Assembly: GCA_017531765.1 (NCBI GenBank)
Contig: JAFXKJ010000075.1
Span: forward strand, 1 to 59,144
Direction of reading: 5' to 3'
DNA: 59,144 nucleotides
Source of the DNA: Clostridia bacterium
Lineage (GTDB): Bacteria > Bacillota > Clostridia > Oscillospirales > CAG-272
A program made the translations under genes and the position numbers. How positions within the stretch are numbered: position 1 is the first letter of the stretch; each line of letters starts with the position of its first letter. The notes under the pieces are model-generated. The model searched no databases and was not told the DNA's origin. It saw only the letters and a program-made list of their open reading frames with translations. Of the stretch, positions 17,576 to 31,683 are shown one piece after another.

Positions 17576-19846
17576 TTATTGTTCAGTTGTTTCTCCTGTC
17601 TCTTCTTCGGTTTCCGGCGGGGGATCCTTTGGGAAAATATCGGGAACGTCTTCAAGATCAAACGTCTGAAGCTCCGCTTCGCCGCTTGCGGCATCATCCA
17701 AATACTTCTGATGAACTTTAGTCATAACAGCATCCCATATGAGACATGAAGGATTCTGTTTATATGCACCAAGAGAAGAGTTTACGTCATAACCCGTCCA
17801 AACAGCACCGACAAAATAAGGTGTATAGCCGACAAAATATCTGTCAAAGTCTGCACTCGTAGTTCCGGTTTTTCCGGCAATGTCGATTTGATGACGAAGA
17901 GTTACCGATTGACCGGTACCGTTTGACATTACGTTCATCAATACCTTAGTCATTGTTTTCGCAGTAGACTCCTTAAGCGCCACTTCGGTATAGTGTTTGT
18001 TCTCAAGAACGATTTTACCAGAGCTATCTTTTACATAAAGATAAAGATTTGGTGATTCATATACACCGTTGTTGGGAAAGATTCCGTAAGCAGCGGCAGC
18101 CTCAAGAACAGTCATTCCGTAGTTAAGCTGACCGAGAGCAAGAGCAGCAAGACCTTTATCCGTTACAATTGAGCCGTTAGCAAGTTCGCGTGATTCGATA
18201 AGACTGTCGATATGAAGAGTGTTTTTAAGATAATTAAAACAATTATCCACTCCATACATCTCAAGAACCTTCATAGCTATAGTGTTTTTTGAAACAGTTA
18301 CAGCTTGAGTTACAGAGATCATACCGTCATAACGTGCGGGATAGTTCTGAGGATACGGTACTTCTTCAACCCATTCCCATGATGTTCCCGCACCGTGAAC
18401 GATTTCATTATTCCACAAAGGAGAGTCATCAATGTACATCGTGGGAGTAATTAAGCCTGCATCGATTGCGGGAGCGTACACGGAAATCGGTTTGATAGAT
18501 GAACCAATAGGACGTACAGCCTGGGTTGCCCTGTTAAGAACCAGATTTCCCTTCTTAACTCCGCGACCGCCAACAAGCCCGAGAACGTCTCCTGTGTACG
18601 GATCAATTATTACCATTGCCGACTCAGGCTGAAGTCCCTCCTGAGCTTTGGGGAGATTTGCTTCATCTTCGTATACAGATTCAATAATTTCCTGAATCTC
18701 AGGGTCCATGGGAATATAAATACTGTAACCCGATGTATAAAGCTTGGTGCTGGCAAGCGCATATGTCCAGTCGTTCTGTTCCATAAGATCTTCAATAATC
18801 TGATATACAACAGAGTCAACATACCAGCTGTGTACTGTCAGTTCATCATCAGTATCCTCAACATCAGATTCAAGTGAAGCATCAAAGAGAACAAGATCCT
18901 CTTCAAGAGCTTTCTTGTATTCGGATTCAGTGATATAACCATTCTCTTTCATAGTGTAAAGAACAGTTGAACGTCTTACCTTATTACCGTCCTCTTTAAT
19001 GTTGCCATCACTGTCGGTGTAAGTGAAAAGATCGTGGCCGATAGGCTCATAGCGTGACGGATTTTTAACGATACCTGCAAGCGCGGCACATTCTACAAGA
19101 GTCAATTCTGAAAGATCCTTACCGAAGTAGGTACTTGCCGCAGTTCGTACACCATAGCAGTTGTTTCCAAGGTATACGATATTGAGATACATTTCAAGAA
19201 TCTCATTTTTACTCAATTGTTTTTCAAGATTAAGTGCTCTGAATATTTCTTCGACTTTTCTTTGAATGGAGTAATCATCATCACCTGTAAGATTCTTGAC
19301 AAGCTGCTGCGTAATGGTGGACGCACCTCGAATTTCTTCGAAACCGATAAAATAATTGGCAACTGCTTTAGTTGTTCCTATCCAGTCAACACCGTTGTGA
19401 TTTCTGAATCGGTGATCCTCCACTGAAATAAACGCATCAATCAGATCGTCAGGCATATCGCTGTAATTTGCCCAAATACTGTTTACCGAGCCGTAAAGTC
19501 TTTCTTCTTCAAGCTCTACGGGAGTTCCGTTTCTGATCTGTCTGTCTTCAGGCGTCTCATAATCCATGTAGTAGATACGCGTTGTTGTATCTGTACCTGC
19601 AGTAACAAGCATTGAAGAGTCAATTTCCAAATCAAGATTATTTTTTATATAAATTGCGAAAACAGTACCGATAATTACAGCACAAATCATTCCGATAAGG
19701 AGAAGCGTAAGTACGATATTAACAACATAAGAAAGAATCCTCAAAATGACCTTTCCAATTATCTTTAATACATAAAACACTTTTTCTTTATCGAAATTCA
19801 GCTTCTTTTTCGGGGGCGTCTCGGGAATTTTAATTTCATTTGTCAT
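17576..19846 (-). CDS. Class A penicillin-binding protein (PBP1A-type transglycosylase/transpeptidase)
   Basis: Glycosyltransferase motifs EDHRFRNHNGVDW and RGASTITQQLVKN. Transpeptidase motifs SSIK (GSSIKPISVY), SKN and KTGT. An N-terminal TM anchor is present. Confidence 0.9.
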   Translation of the reverse strand: MTNEIKIPETPPKKKLNFDKEKVFYVLKIIGKVILRILSYVVNIVLTLLLIGMICAVIIGTVFAIYIKNNLDLEIDSSMLVTAGTDTTTRIYYMDYETPEDRQIRNGTPVELEEERLYGSVNSIWANYSDMPDDLIDAFISVEDHRFRNHNGVDWIGTTKAVANYFIGFEEIRGASTITQQLVKNLTGDDDYSIQRKVEEIFRALNLEKQLSKNEILEMYLNIVYLGNNCYGVRTAASTYFGKDLSELTLVECAALAGIVKNPSRYEPIGHDLFTYTDSDGNIKEDGNKVRRSTVLYTMKENGYITESEYKKALEEDLVLFDASLESDVEDTDDELTVHSWYVDSVVYQIIEDLMEQNDWTYALASTKLYTSGYSIYIPMDPEIQEIIESVYEDEANLPKAQEGLQPESAMVIIDPYTGDVLGLVGGRGVKKGNLVLNRATQAVRPIGSSIKPISVYAPAIDAGLITPTMYIDDSPLWNNEIVHGAGTSWEWVEEVPYPQNYPARYDGMISVTQAVTVSKNTIAMKVLEMYGVDNCFNYLKNTLHIDSLIESRELANGSIVTDKGLAALALGQLNYGMTVLEAAAAYGIFPNNGVYESPNLYLYVKDSSGKIVLENKHYTEVALKESTAKTMTKVLMNVMSNGTGQSVTLRHQIDIAGKTGTTSADFDRYFVGYTPYFVGAVWTGYDVNSSLGAYKQNPSCLIWDAVMTKVHQKYLDDAASGEAELQTFDLEDVPDIFPKDPPPETEEETGETTEQ

Positions 19847-19973
19847 AATAAAAATTCAGCCTTTCGATTAATATGACACTGCTTGTAGTCTTATTGTACA
19901 CTATTATTTTGAATATGTTGTTAACACATAAATAAATAATCTGCAATACTGAGTATTCTCATAAAGATTCAGT

Positions 19974-23504
<3,531 letters not shown>

Positions 23505-23532
23505 GACTGAGTCTCCTCTCGTTAAGATAAAG

Positions 23533-24267
23533 TTATGATTCTCCGTTTTTTAATTCCTCGGCATATTTAAGTATCTTTTCAAGACGGTGTTTTAAGCCTG
23601 ACTTTGTAATCGGCGGCTCACATTTTGATGCAAGCTCGTTTAAGGATGCCTGAGAATACTGAAGTCTCAGTTCAGACACTTCACGGAGTTCAGACGGAAG
23701 CGTTGACATAGCTTCCCTTAATTTGATATATTCAATTGCTTCTACATATTTCTGTGAAGCACTTAAAATTTTTTCGATATTAGCAGTATCACAGTTTACA
23801 AGTCTGTTCGCATTGTTACGAACTTCCTTCAAAATTTTACCATTCATGATCTCAAAAGCTGCTGAAGTCGCACCTATATATGCAAGAAAATCACTGATGG
23901 TATCGCTGTCCTTGAAATAGATAACAAAACAGTTTTTTCTCTTACTGTGTCCCGGGGTAAATCCTGACTTTTCAAGTGCCATAGTGATATAACAAGCCAC
24001 AACCTTGTCAGATGAAGAAAAATCAAGATGATAGCGTTTACTCGGATCAGTAACGCTTCCGCACACCATAAATGCAGCCCGCAGGAATTCTCTGAGACAA
24101 ACTTCACATTTGATACCCTCAAAAGCATCACTTACTGTCGCTGTCTCGGACATTACTGCACTTAAAGCATTGAATGTACTTGAATATGTCTTTTTACAGC
24201 ATTTCTTCTTTGGTTCAATTTTAAGAAGTGCTTCTTTTGTTTGTTTTCCAAATGAAATATTACTCAT
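23533..24267 (-). CDS. whiA: DNA-binding protein WhiA (short form)
   Basis: FLRAAFMVCGSVTDPSKRYHLDF, NNANRLVNCDTANIEK, and the C-terminal HTH SLNELASKCEPPITKSGLKHRLEKI. At 244 aa it is short for this family. Confidence 0.8.
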   Translation of the reverse strand: MSNISFGKQTKEALLKIEPKKKCCKKTYSSTFNALSAVMSETATVSDAFEGIKCEVCLREFLRAAFMVCGSVTDPSKRYHLDFSSSDKVVACYITMALEKSGFTPGHSKRKNCFVIYFKDSDTISDFLAYIGATSAAFEIMNGKILKEVRNNANRLVNCDTANIEKILSASQKYVEAIEYIKLREAMSTLPSELREVSELRLQYSQASLNELASKCEPPITKSGLKHRLEKILKYAEELKNGES

Positions 24268-24268
24268 T

Positions 24269-25192
24269 TTATTTAACGTGAATGATTTCGGTTTCTATTT
24301 CGATTTGATATACTTTGCGAATTTCAGATTTTATGATTTCAATAAGCGATAGGACGTCCTCCGATGTTGCGTTCCCCGTATTAATGACGAATCCTGCGTG
24401 TTTCTCGGATACCTTAGCTCCGCCGACACTTCTTCCTTTCAAACCGACCTCATCAATCATCTGAGCAGTATAACGTCCTGGATACCTCTTAAATGTGCTG
24501 CCTGCACTGGGAAATTCAAGGGGCTGTTTTAAGATTCTTCTTTGTTTGAAATCGTCCATAAGAAGCGAGATCTCAGATACACTACCAACCTTCAATTCCA
24601 TTTCGGTATCAAGAATAAATGCGTTAATATCTTTGAATATACTGTGCCTGTAGCCAAAACAATGTTCGTTTCCGATAACTTCACTGAGTGTTAATGTATC
24701 AAGGTCGATGTATCTCGTTTTTACGGTAATATCACTCATTTCTCCGCCGTAGGCACCCGCATTCATATATACAGCACCGCCAATTGTTCCGGGAATTCCA
24801 AACAAGCACTCCATTCCGGACAAACCGTTTTCTTTGGCTTTTAGGGCACAAGCGGATAGCATTGCACCGCTTTCTGCCTTTATTGTCGTACCGTCGATAA
24901 TAATTTTATTAAAAGCGGAACTTGAAATAATAACACCGTCAAAACCGTTATCATCAAAAAGTATATTACTTCCGTTACCTAAAATGTAGGTTCTTACGTT
25001 TAAACTTGAAGCTTCTCTCAGAAGAAATATCAATGCTTCCACATCACAAGGAACAGCAAATACTCTGGCATTTCCTCCGATCCTGAACGAACAGTGATGT
25101 TTGAGTGTCTCATTTTCTTTAACTTTAATCTTGAATTCACCGTTATTATATGAGTCGATACACGATAACAATAACTCTATATTTGAACTCAT
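24269..25192 (-). CDS. murB: UDP-N-acetylenolpyruvoylglucosamine reductase
   Basis: LKHHCSFRIGGNARVF, ILGNGSNILF and PSAGSTFKRP-like (PSAGSTFKRYPG). Confidence 0.9.
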   Translation of the reverse strand: MSSNIELLLSCIDSYNNGEFKIKVKENETLKHHCSFRIGGNARVFAVPCDVEALIFLLREASSLNVRTYILGNGSNILFDDNGFDGVIISSSAFNKIIIDGTTIKAESGAMLSACALKAKENGLSGMECLFGIPGTIGGAVYMNAGAYGGEMSDITVKTRYIDLDTLTLSEVIGNEHCFGYRHSIFKDINAFILDTEMELKVGSVSEISLLMDDFKQRRILKQPLEFPSAGSTFKRYPGRYTAQMIDEVGLKGRSVGGAKVSEKHAGFVINTGNATSEDVLSLIEIIKSEIRKVYQIEIETEIIHVK

Positions 25193-25237
25193 ATTATCCT
25201 CCGAAAGTTCACTAAATCAATATAATTACACTGTATG

Positions 25238-26929
25238 TTAATAATTCTTCACTAACATTTCTCTCGCGGCGGCTTTTTGCTTTTCGGTGACATTAATTCC
25301 GCCGATTATTCTTGCTATTTCGTCAATTCTTCCATCGTTTTCAAGAAGTGTTACAGAGCTTTCCGCCCTGCCGTTAACTTCAGTCTTTTTAATGAGGTAG
25401 TGATAGTCTGAAACTGCCGCAATTTGAGGTGAGTGAGTTACCGATATTACCTGAACATCCTTTGAAAGTTTTTTCAGCAGTAAACCGATTTTCTCTGACG
25501 TTCTGCCCGAAACACCTGCATCGATTTCATCGAATATTACGGTTTCGGCGCCATTCTTCTTATTTATTGAAGAACGAAGTGCAAGCATAACTCGTGACAT
25601 TTCTCCGCCTGAAGCAACTTTTGATATAGACTGTGCATCCTCACCCGGATTTACGGAAATTTTAATGTCGATTTCATCGAAACCCGAAGGAGTAAAACAG
25701 TATTGACCGTTCAAAATACAAGGCAAAACTTCAACATAAAACTTCACCTTTGGCATATCAAGGTCACGCAGAGTCGCGACTACCTCATCTGACAGAGTCT
25801 TTGCTGCGGTGACTCTTGTTTCATGGAGCCGTTTACCCGCCTCTGCTGCTTCTGCAGTAAGACGAACGATTGTTTTTTCAAGAGAACTGATTGTTTCGTC
25901 AGAATCGGAAAAAGCTTTGAGCTTATTTGCCGCATTTTCTCGGAAAGCCTTGATTTCAGCTATAGAAGAACCGTACTTTCTCTTAAGCTTATCGATAAGG
26001 TTAAGACGAGCCTCAATTTGATTGAGCTTTTCAGCAGGATCACCGTCAATTCCCGAGTCCAAAGCAGAATTCACATTTTCAGCAATTTCTATGATCTCAT
26101 AACGATATTCATCAAGCTTGCGAATCATGTCGGGTGCACCTTCGACAACATCTGATATTTGTGCCAAAGCAAGTGAAGCTCTTTCCAGTAAATATGCAGC
26201 CGAGTAACCCTTGTCGTTTTGAGAAAGTGCTTTATACACGATTTTTCTGTTTTTTTCAGTTCGCTCTATAGATTTAATTTTCGTTCTCAGACGAATAAGT
26301 TTATCCTCTTCGTCATCGGAAGTTAATCTCGCTGATTCGATTTCCTTAATCTGATAAGTTAAAATATCGATCATCATATTCTTTTCTTTAAGATCGTCTT
26401 TTAACGACTGAAGCTCGTTTTTTGCTGTATTTAGCTTTTGGTACACTTTCGTGTACTCCTCTAATATAACCGAATTGTCAGCAAAGCCGTCTAACACCGA
26501 AGTATATTCCCTTTTGTCTGAAAGAAAGTTTTTTTCGTTCTGAGTATTTATACCAATAAGCAGATTACCGATCGACCTGAGCTGAGCAAGAGTAACACTC
26601 CGCGAGTTAATTTTTATATTTGTTCTCCCGTCAGCATTAACTGTTCGCAAGATCATCAATTCACCGTTTTCATCAAGCTCCACACCGATTTCACTGAGAG
26701 CATTACCAACTGCGGAATTACATTCGAAAATCGCGGAAATAACTGTCCTGTCTTCACCACTTCTCACAATATCACGGGAGCTTTTGGCACCGGTGATCAG
26801 TTGAAGGCAATCGATCATCACAGATTTACCTGAGCCCGTTTCGCCGGTAATAACCGAAAAACCATGAAAAAGATCAAGATCTATTTGTTTTGCGACAGCC
26901 GCATTTGTAATGCTGATGCTCTTAAGCAT
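25238..26929 (-). CDS. recN: DNA repair protein RecN
   Basis: Walker A motif ITGETGSGKSVMID, a long coiled-coil middle region, and the C-terminal ASGGEMSRVMLAL signature. ATG 26929 follows GGAGAG. The track start at 27034 would overlap argR. Confidence 0.9.
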   Translation of the reverse strand: MLKSISITNAAVAKQIDLDLFHGFSVITGETGSGKSVMIDCLQLITGAKSSRDIVRSGEDRTVISAIFECNSAVGNALSEIGVELDENGELMILRTVNADGRTNIKINSRSVTLAQLRSIGNLLIGINTQNEKNFLSDKREYTSVLDGFADNSVILEEYTKVYQKLNTAKNELQSLKDDLKEKNMMIDILTYQIKEIESARLTSDDEEDKLIRLRTKIKSIERTEKNRKIVYKALSQNDKGYSAAYLLERASLALAQISDVVEGAPDMIRKLDEYRYEIIEIAENVNSALDSGIDGDPAEKLNQIEARLNLIDKLKRKYGSSIAEIKAFRENAANKLKAFSDSDETISSLEKTIVRLTAEAAEAGKRLHETRVTAAKTLSDEVVATLRDLDMPKVKFYVEVLPCILNGQYCFTPSGFDEIDIKISVNPGEDAQSISKVASGGEMSRVMLALRSSINKKNGAETVIFDEIDAGVSGRTSEKIGLLLKKLSKDVQVISVTHSPQIAAVSDYHYLIKKTEVNGRAESSVTLLENDGRIDEIARIIGGINVTEKQKAAAREMLVKNY

Positions 26930-26958
26930 AAGTACTCTCCTTGTTGGCTGATCGATTG

Positions 26959-27408
26959 TCAGCCTATAAGTTCTTTGAATTTTTCTGTTAAAATTTGAGC
27001 CGCATCCGCAGTTTTCGTTACCATGATAATGCAATCATCACCCGCAACGCTACCCAGTATTTCTTTTTCGTGAAATGAGTCGATCCTTGCCGCTACTGCG
27101 TTAGCCATTCCGGGATAGGTTTTGATTACTATGTTATTCATGGCACAAGCAACACTGCGAATTGAACCGTCGATCGCCTTGCTGTAAATATGCTTATGAT
27201 CGTGTTGGGACCCGCCCGGGACAACATATTTATATGAACCGTTTTCCGACATGACTTTGAGAAGCTTGAGCTCACGAATGTCTCTTGAAATTGTGGCCTG
27301 AGTCACATCATATCCTGCCAAGCGAAGCTTATCGATCAGCTCTTCCTGCGTTTCAATATTGTAATGTTCTATGATTTCTAGTATTTTATTATGTCTTTTT
27401 ATTTTCAT
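26959..27408 (-). CDS. argR: Arginine repressor
   Basis: MKIKRHNKILEIIEHYNIETQEELIDKLRLAGYDVTQATISRDIRELKL, with a C-terminal GDDCIIMV-type oligomerisation motif. GGAG lies 6 nt upstream of ATG 27408. Confidence 0.9.
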   Translation of the reverse strand: MKIKRHNKILEIIEHYNIETQEELIDKLRLAGYDVTQATISRDIRELKLLKVMSENGSYKYVVPGGSQHDHKHIYSKAIDGSIRSVACAMNNIVIKTYPGMANAVAARIDSFHEKEILGSVAGDDCIIMVTKTADAAQILTEKFKELIG

Positions 27409-27454
27409 GTCAATCTCCAATCAGCCTATAGCTACACAAAGAATTCGTAAATAT

Positions 27455-28336
27455 TTATATATCTTGCAATTTGGAATTAAGTACACTCAAAAAACTGTTA
27501 TCCTTCAAACGTATCAACGATGTTTTTAACTTTGACCTTGAAACTGTAATCATATCACCGTCGTTGACTTTTTCAGCAAGTCTGCCGTCAACTGTAAGAT
27601 ATACCGCATTATCCTTTACAACACGAATATCTGACAAAGTTACAGTGTCGTCCCCGTTAAGTATGACTGGACGACTTCCGAATGAATGGGGACAAATCGG
27701 TGTAAGGCAAAACGCATTAAGTACAGGTGCTAAAATCGGTCCGCCGGCGGACATGGAATATGCGGTGGAACCGGTCGGAGTTGCAACAACAAGTCCATCA
27801 GCTCTGCACTTTTCAATAAGAACACCGTTACATGAAACGTTGAAGTTCAAAAGTCTTGCGATCGGTCCGTTTGAAAGAACAATATCATTAAGTGCGGGTG
27901 GCATCATAACGGTGCTTTTATCAGATCTTTGAATTTTTGCAGATAGCATCATTCGTTCTTCACATTGATATTTACCTGCCAAAACATCCTTTACTTTAGC
28001 TATATCTGATGCTTCAAGCTCAGCCATATAACCGAGAGTTCCGAAATTAATTCCAAGGATCGGAATATTGTAGGAGCAAACCAGAGTAGAAGCATTAAGT
28101 ATAGAACCGTCTCCACCGAGTACGATTGCTATATCCATTGACTGCATTTCGGCTTTGTTTTCAATGATATTACAATTGATTGAACTATCACGACTTTTCA
28201 AATATTCGGCAGTGTCTCTGAAAACATACAACGAACATGAAGAGCTTTCAAGTAAACTGTTCAGCTCATTCAGAAAATCATCAGGTATAACTTTGTCAAA
28301 ATTAATTATAAGAAATACTTTCTCGACGCTTTTCAT
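27455..28336 (-). CDS. nadK: NAD+ kinase
   Basis: VLGGDGSILNAS, INFGTLGYM and ATPTGSTAYSMSAGGPI. ATG 28336 follows GGAG. Confidence 0.85.
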   Translation of the reverse strand: MKSVEKVFLIINFDKVIPDDFLNELNSLLESSSCSLYVFRDTAEYLKSRDSSINCNIIENKAEMQSMDIAIVLGGDGSILNASTLVCSYNIPILGINFGTLGYMAELEASDIAKVKDVLAGKYQCEERMMLSAKIQRSDKSTVMMPPALNDIVLSNGPIARLLNFNVSCNGVLIEKCRADGLVVATPTGSTAYSMSAGGPILAPVLNAFCLTPICPHSFGSRPVILNGDDTVTLSDIRVVKDNAVYLTVDGRLAEKVNDGDMITVSRSKLKTSLIRLKDNSFLSVLNSKLQDI

Positions 28337-28454
28337 TATAATCTCCATTCAACTTTTGGCTGTACAAAATACGCAAAACAGCTTTGCGTGGGATTAAACC
28401 GTGTGAACTTTCACGTTATTTTCCTTCGTTATTACGGGGCACAAACAAAAAATC

Positions 28455-29240
28455 TTATTTGATAAGTTCACGTATAATTCTATCGTCGACTAAAGCTCCG
28501 CACGGAGAATCGGTTTTTCTTGCAAAGAACAAAAATTCTCTGTTTCCGTCTCCGCCGCTAATCGGCGAATCAATAAGAGAGACAATTTCGAATCCACAGG
28601 TCTTTGCACATTCAAGGACACGGGTTATTGCATGAATAAATTCCTTCTTGTCTTTAACAATTCCGTTTTTATTTAGAGCAGATTTTCCGCATTCAAACTG
28701 CGGCTTAATTAGTCCTATATATTCTCCCTCATTATCGAGTACTGAATAAATTGCGGGTAAAACATATGTTTGGGAAATAAACGAAAGATCGGCTACCGCA
28801 AGCAAGCATAACTCTCCGATCGACTCGGGGGTAAGATTTCTTGCATTAAAGCGTTCCATAGAGATAACCCTCGGATCGCTTTTTAATTTTTCAGAAAGCT
28901 GACCACTGCCCGAATCAATCGCATATACCTTTGATGCGCCGTTTGAAAGCAGACAATCGGTGAAACCGCCTGTTGAAGCACCAATATCGATACATACCTT
29001 TCCCGTGGGATCAACACCAAAAGTCCTCAGAGCTTCAAGGAGCTTAAGTCCACCTCTGCTGACGAAAGGTAAGGCATTTTCAGACACCTCAAGATCATAT
29101 TCGCGGGCTCCGTCAACGTTATATGACGGTTTAGTAATTACATTACCGTCAAGTTTCACATTTCCCGATTCAATAAGAGATTTAGCACGACTTCTTGTGA
29201 TATTTTCGCGCATCAAGGAAACATAAGCGTCAAGGCGCAT
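28455..29240 (-). CDS. tlyA: TlyA family rRNA (cytidine-2'-O)-methyltransferase
   Basis: S4-like N-terminus MRLDAYVSLMRENITRSRAKSLIESGNVKLDG. SAM motif VSRGGLKLLEAL...DIGASTGGFTDCLL. ATG 29240 follows GGGAGG. Confidence 0.85.
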   Translation of the reverse strand: MRLDAYVSLMRENITRSRAKSLIESGNVKLDGNVITKPSYNVDGAREYDLEVSENALPFVSRGGLKLLEALRTFGVDPTGKVCIDIGASTGGFTDCLLSNGASKVYAIDSGSGQLSEKLKSDPRVISMERFNARNLTPESIGELCLLAVADLSFISQTYVLPAIYSVLDNEGEYIGLIKPQFECGKSALNKNGIVKDKKEFIHAITRVLECAKTCGFEIVSLIDSPISGGDGNREFLFFARKTDSPCGALVDDRIIRELIK

Positions 29241-29266
29241 ATTATTAACCTCCCGACGTAAAACGG

Positions 29267-30148
29267 TTATTTTTTTCGAGAAAGAAGCCACAACGCAAGT
29301 TCAGCAGGTGTTGTACTGTCAGGACATCTTGCGATTGCTGAAATTGCGCGTGTCGTCAATTCTACACTTGCTACACGGGCATCCTCAAGGCTCATAAATG
29401 CAAGCACTGTTTTCTTGTCGTTCTTAGAATCACTTCCGATAGGTTTTCCAAGCTCTTCGCTTGTACCGGTAACATCAAGAATATCGTCCTGAATCTGAAA
29501 TGCAAGTCCCAAACAGTCGGCATATTCCGAGATAGCTTCCACATCTTCTGAATTTGGAACATCTACAGCAGCATACAGACCAAGAAGGCAAGCGGCTTTA
29601 ATCAAAGCAGATGTTTTCAAAGAATGAAGGTATACCAATTCTTCATAAGACTCCACTTTATCGGACAGATCGATTTCCTGTCCGCCACACATTCCTTTAT
29701 ATCCCGCAAGAGATGAAAGAATACGAACAGCGTTTACTGAAGACAAAGCTGATACTTTATCGTTTAGCGCACATACTTCGAAGGCCTGAGTAAGAAGTGA
29801 GTCACCTGCAAGGAGAGCTGTAGCTTCTCCGAATTTAATGTGACATGAAGGCTTACCGCGTCGCATATCGTCATTATCCATGCATGGCAGATCATCATGT
29901 ATCAAGGAATACGCATGAATCATTTCCACAGCGCAGGCAAACGGTATAGCCGCCTCTTCGGTTGCACCATACATTTTAGCGAAAGATAAAGTAAGGAAAG
30001 CTCTGATTCTCTTACCTCCCCCAAGAAGAGAATATTTCATCGCATCAGTAAGCTTCTCTGTAGCTTTATTCGATGAATAATATGCTTCAAGGGCACTTTC
30101 GACTTTTTCTACGGCGCTGTTGAGTTCATTTACAACATTGAATCCCAT
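29267..30148 (-). CDS. ispA: Polyprenyl (farnesyl/geranylgeranyl) diphosphate synthase
   Basis: First Asp-rich motif LIHDDLPCMDNDDMRRG and second Asp-rich motif FQIQDDILD. Confidence 0.85.
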   Translation of the reverse strand: MGFNVVNELNSAVEKVESALEAYYSSNKATEKLTDAMKYSLLGGGKRIRAFLTLSFAKMYGATEEAAIPFACAVEMIHAYSLIHDDLPCMDNDDMRRGKPSCHIKFGEATALLAGDSLLTQAFEVCALNDKVSALSSVNAVRILSSLAGYKGMCGGQEIDLSDKVESYEELVYLHSLKTSALIKAACLLGLYAAVDVPNSEDVEAISEYADCLGLAFQIQDDILDVTGTSEELGKPIGSDSKNDKKTVLAFMSLEDARVASVELTTRAISAIARCPDSTTPAELALWLLSRKK

Positions 30149-30160
30149 AATCTTTACCTC

Positions 30161-30394
30161 TTAATTCATCGCCTCTTCGGTTACTGAACCGTTTGGTGAT
30201 AATTTGAGCTTTACAACCTTCTGTTCAGCGGTATCAAGCTTCCCGTTACACAGTCTAACAAGAGAAATTCCCTCTTCAAAAAGTGCCAATGACTCATCCA
30301 GAGGAACATTACCTGACTCAAGAAGTCTGACAGTTTCTTCAAGTCTTGCAAGTGCTTCTTCAAAGGTAAGCTTTTCAATTTGTTCTCTATTCAT
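30161..30394 (-). CDS. xseB: Exodeoxyribonuclease VII small subunit
   Basis: 77 aa: FEEALARLEETVRLLESGNVPLDESLALFEEGISLVRLC. Confidence 0.9.
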   Translation of the reverse strand: MNREQIEKLTFEEALARLEETVRLLESGNVPLDESLALFEEGISLVRLCNGKLDTAEQKVVKLKLSPNGSVTEEAMN

Positions 30395-30462
30395 AATAGT
30401 ATTTCACCGTATGAGGGTATCCGAATTCAAATTTGGATGATACATCCATTTCGGCTTCCCTT

Positions 30463-31683
30463 TTATCTGTTTGTTTCTTTTGTAATATTTTCGATTATAG
30501 CTCCCGCAGAGCCATCAGCCGTCTTGAAATTCACGTGCATTCCAACGGAAAGCTGATCAACCGATTTTACAAGTGTCTTGCCTTCGATATAAACAGCACT
30601 GTATCCCCTTGAAATTACCGAAAGAGGGTTTAAAGCTTCAAGTTTGGCTGACGCTTTTCCGAGAAGCAGCTTCGCCTCGTTGATTTTTGCGTTTTCCGCA
30701 GAGAAAATTTTCTCCGTGGCAAGAACTATCGCTAGACGTTTATCGTCAATAAGAGTCTGAGGATTTTTCAGTATTCTCGATGCAGAAAGATTTGAAAGCT
30801 TTTCACGGTGACGAGCGATCATTCTTTCAATAATCATTGCTTCATGACGAATAACGTTATTAAATTTATTCTTAAGTTCATTTGTATCGGGTACTGCAAT
30901 TTCAGCAGCCGCTGACGGGGTAGGCGCACGTCTGTCGGCAACAAAATCACAAATTGTAAAGTCAGTTTCGTGTCCGACGGCAGAAATCACGGGTATGCGA
31001 GAGGTAGCAACCGCATATGCAACACGTTCGTCGTTGAATGCCCAAAGATCCTCAATAGAGCCTCCGCCTCTGCCTATAATTATAACATCAGCAGCATTGG
31101 CTTCGTTGAAATATCTGAGTCCATCCACAAGTTGCGGCGGTGCATCAGGTCCTTGTACAAGTGCAGGATAGAGTATGATTTTTGCGTAAGGAAAGCGACG
31201 AGCCGAAACATTGATCATATCTCTGATCGCGGCACCGGTGGGAGAGGTAATGATTCCTATTTTCGACGGGATCTTCGGAAGTGCCTTCTTTCTTGAAGGC
31301 TCGAAAAGACCTTGCTTTTCAAGCTTGTTTTTAAGTTGTTCAAAAGCTATATAAAGAGCTCCGACTCCATCAGGCTCCATAGAGTCAAGATATATCTGAT
31401 ATTGACCGTCCCTTACAAAGGAAGATATACGTCCGTGACATAGCACCTTCATGCCGTTTTCCGGAACAAAAGGATTTTTTGCGGCGTACGACCTAAACAT
31501 AACTGCTTTAATTACGCTACCTTCATCTTTTAAGGAAAAGTACAGATGACCCGTAGAGTGAAATTTGAAATTTGAGATTTCACCCTTTACCCAAATATCG
31601 GACAGACGGGGATCATTATCAAACAACCCTTTAATATAATTATTCAGTTCGGTAATCGAAAGTGCTTTATTGGAACTGTTCAT
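30463..31683 (-). CDS. xseA: Exodeoxyribonuclease VII large subunit
   Basis: LSITELNNYIKGLFD...VKGEISNFKFHSTGHLYFSLKD and GIITSPTGAAIRD. Its ATG overlaps the upstream stop codon (TAATG). Confidence 0.9.
   Translation of the reverse strand: MNSSNKALSITELNNYIKGLFDNDPRLSDIWVKGEISNFKFHSTGHLYFSLKDEGSVIKAVMFRSYAAKNPFVPENGMKVLCHGRISSFVRDGQYQIYLDSMEPDGVGALYIAFEQLKNKLEKQGLFEPSRKKALPKIPSKIGIITSPTGAAIRDMINVSARRFPYAKIILYPALVQGPDAPPQLVDGLRYFNEANAADVIIIGRGGGSIEDLWAFNDERVAYAVATSRIPVISAVGHETDFTICDFVADRRAPTPSAAAEIAVPDTNELKNKFNNVIRHEAMIIERMIARHREKLSNLSASRILKNPQTLIDDKRLAIVLATEKIFSAENAKINEAKLLLGKASAKLEALNPLSVISRGYSAVYIEGKTLVKSVDQLSVGMHVNFKTADGSAGAIIENITKETNR

Noticed and set aside
26930-27034. Long RecN start at 27034 (MHYHGNENCGCG...).
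   Set aside because: It overlaps the 3' end of argR by 76 nt. ATG 26929 follows GGAGAG and begins with the canonical MLKSISI RecN N-terminus.
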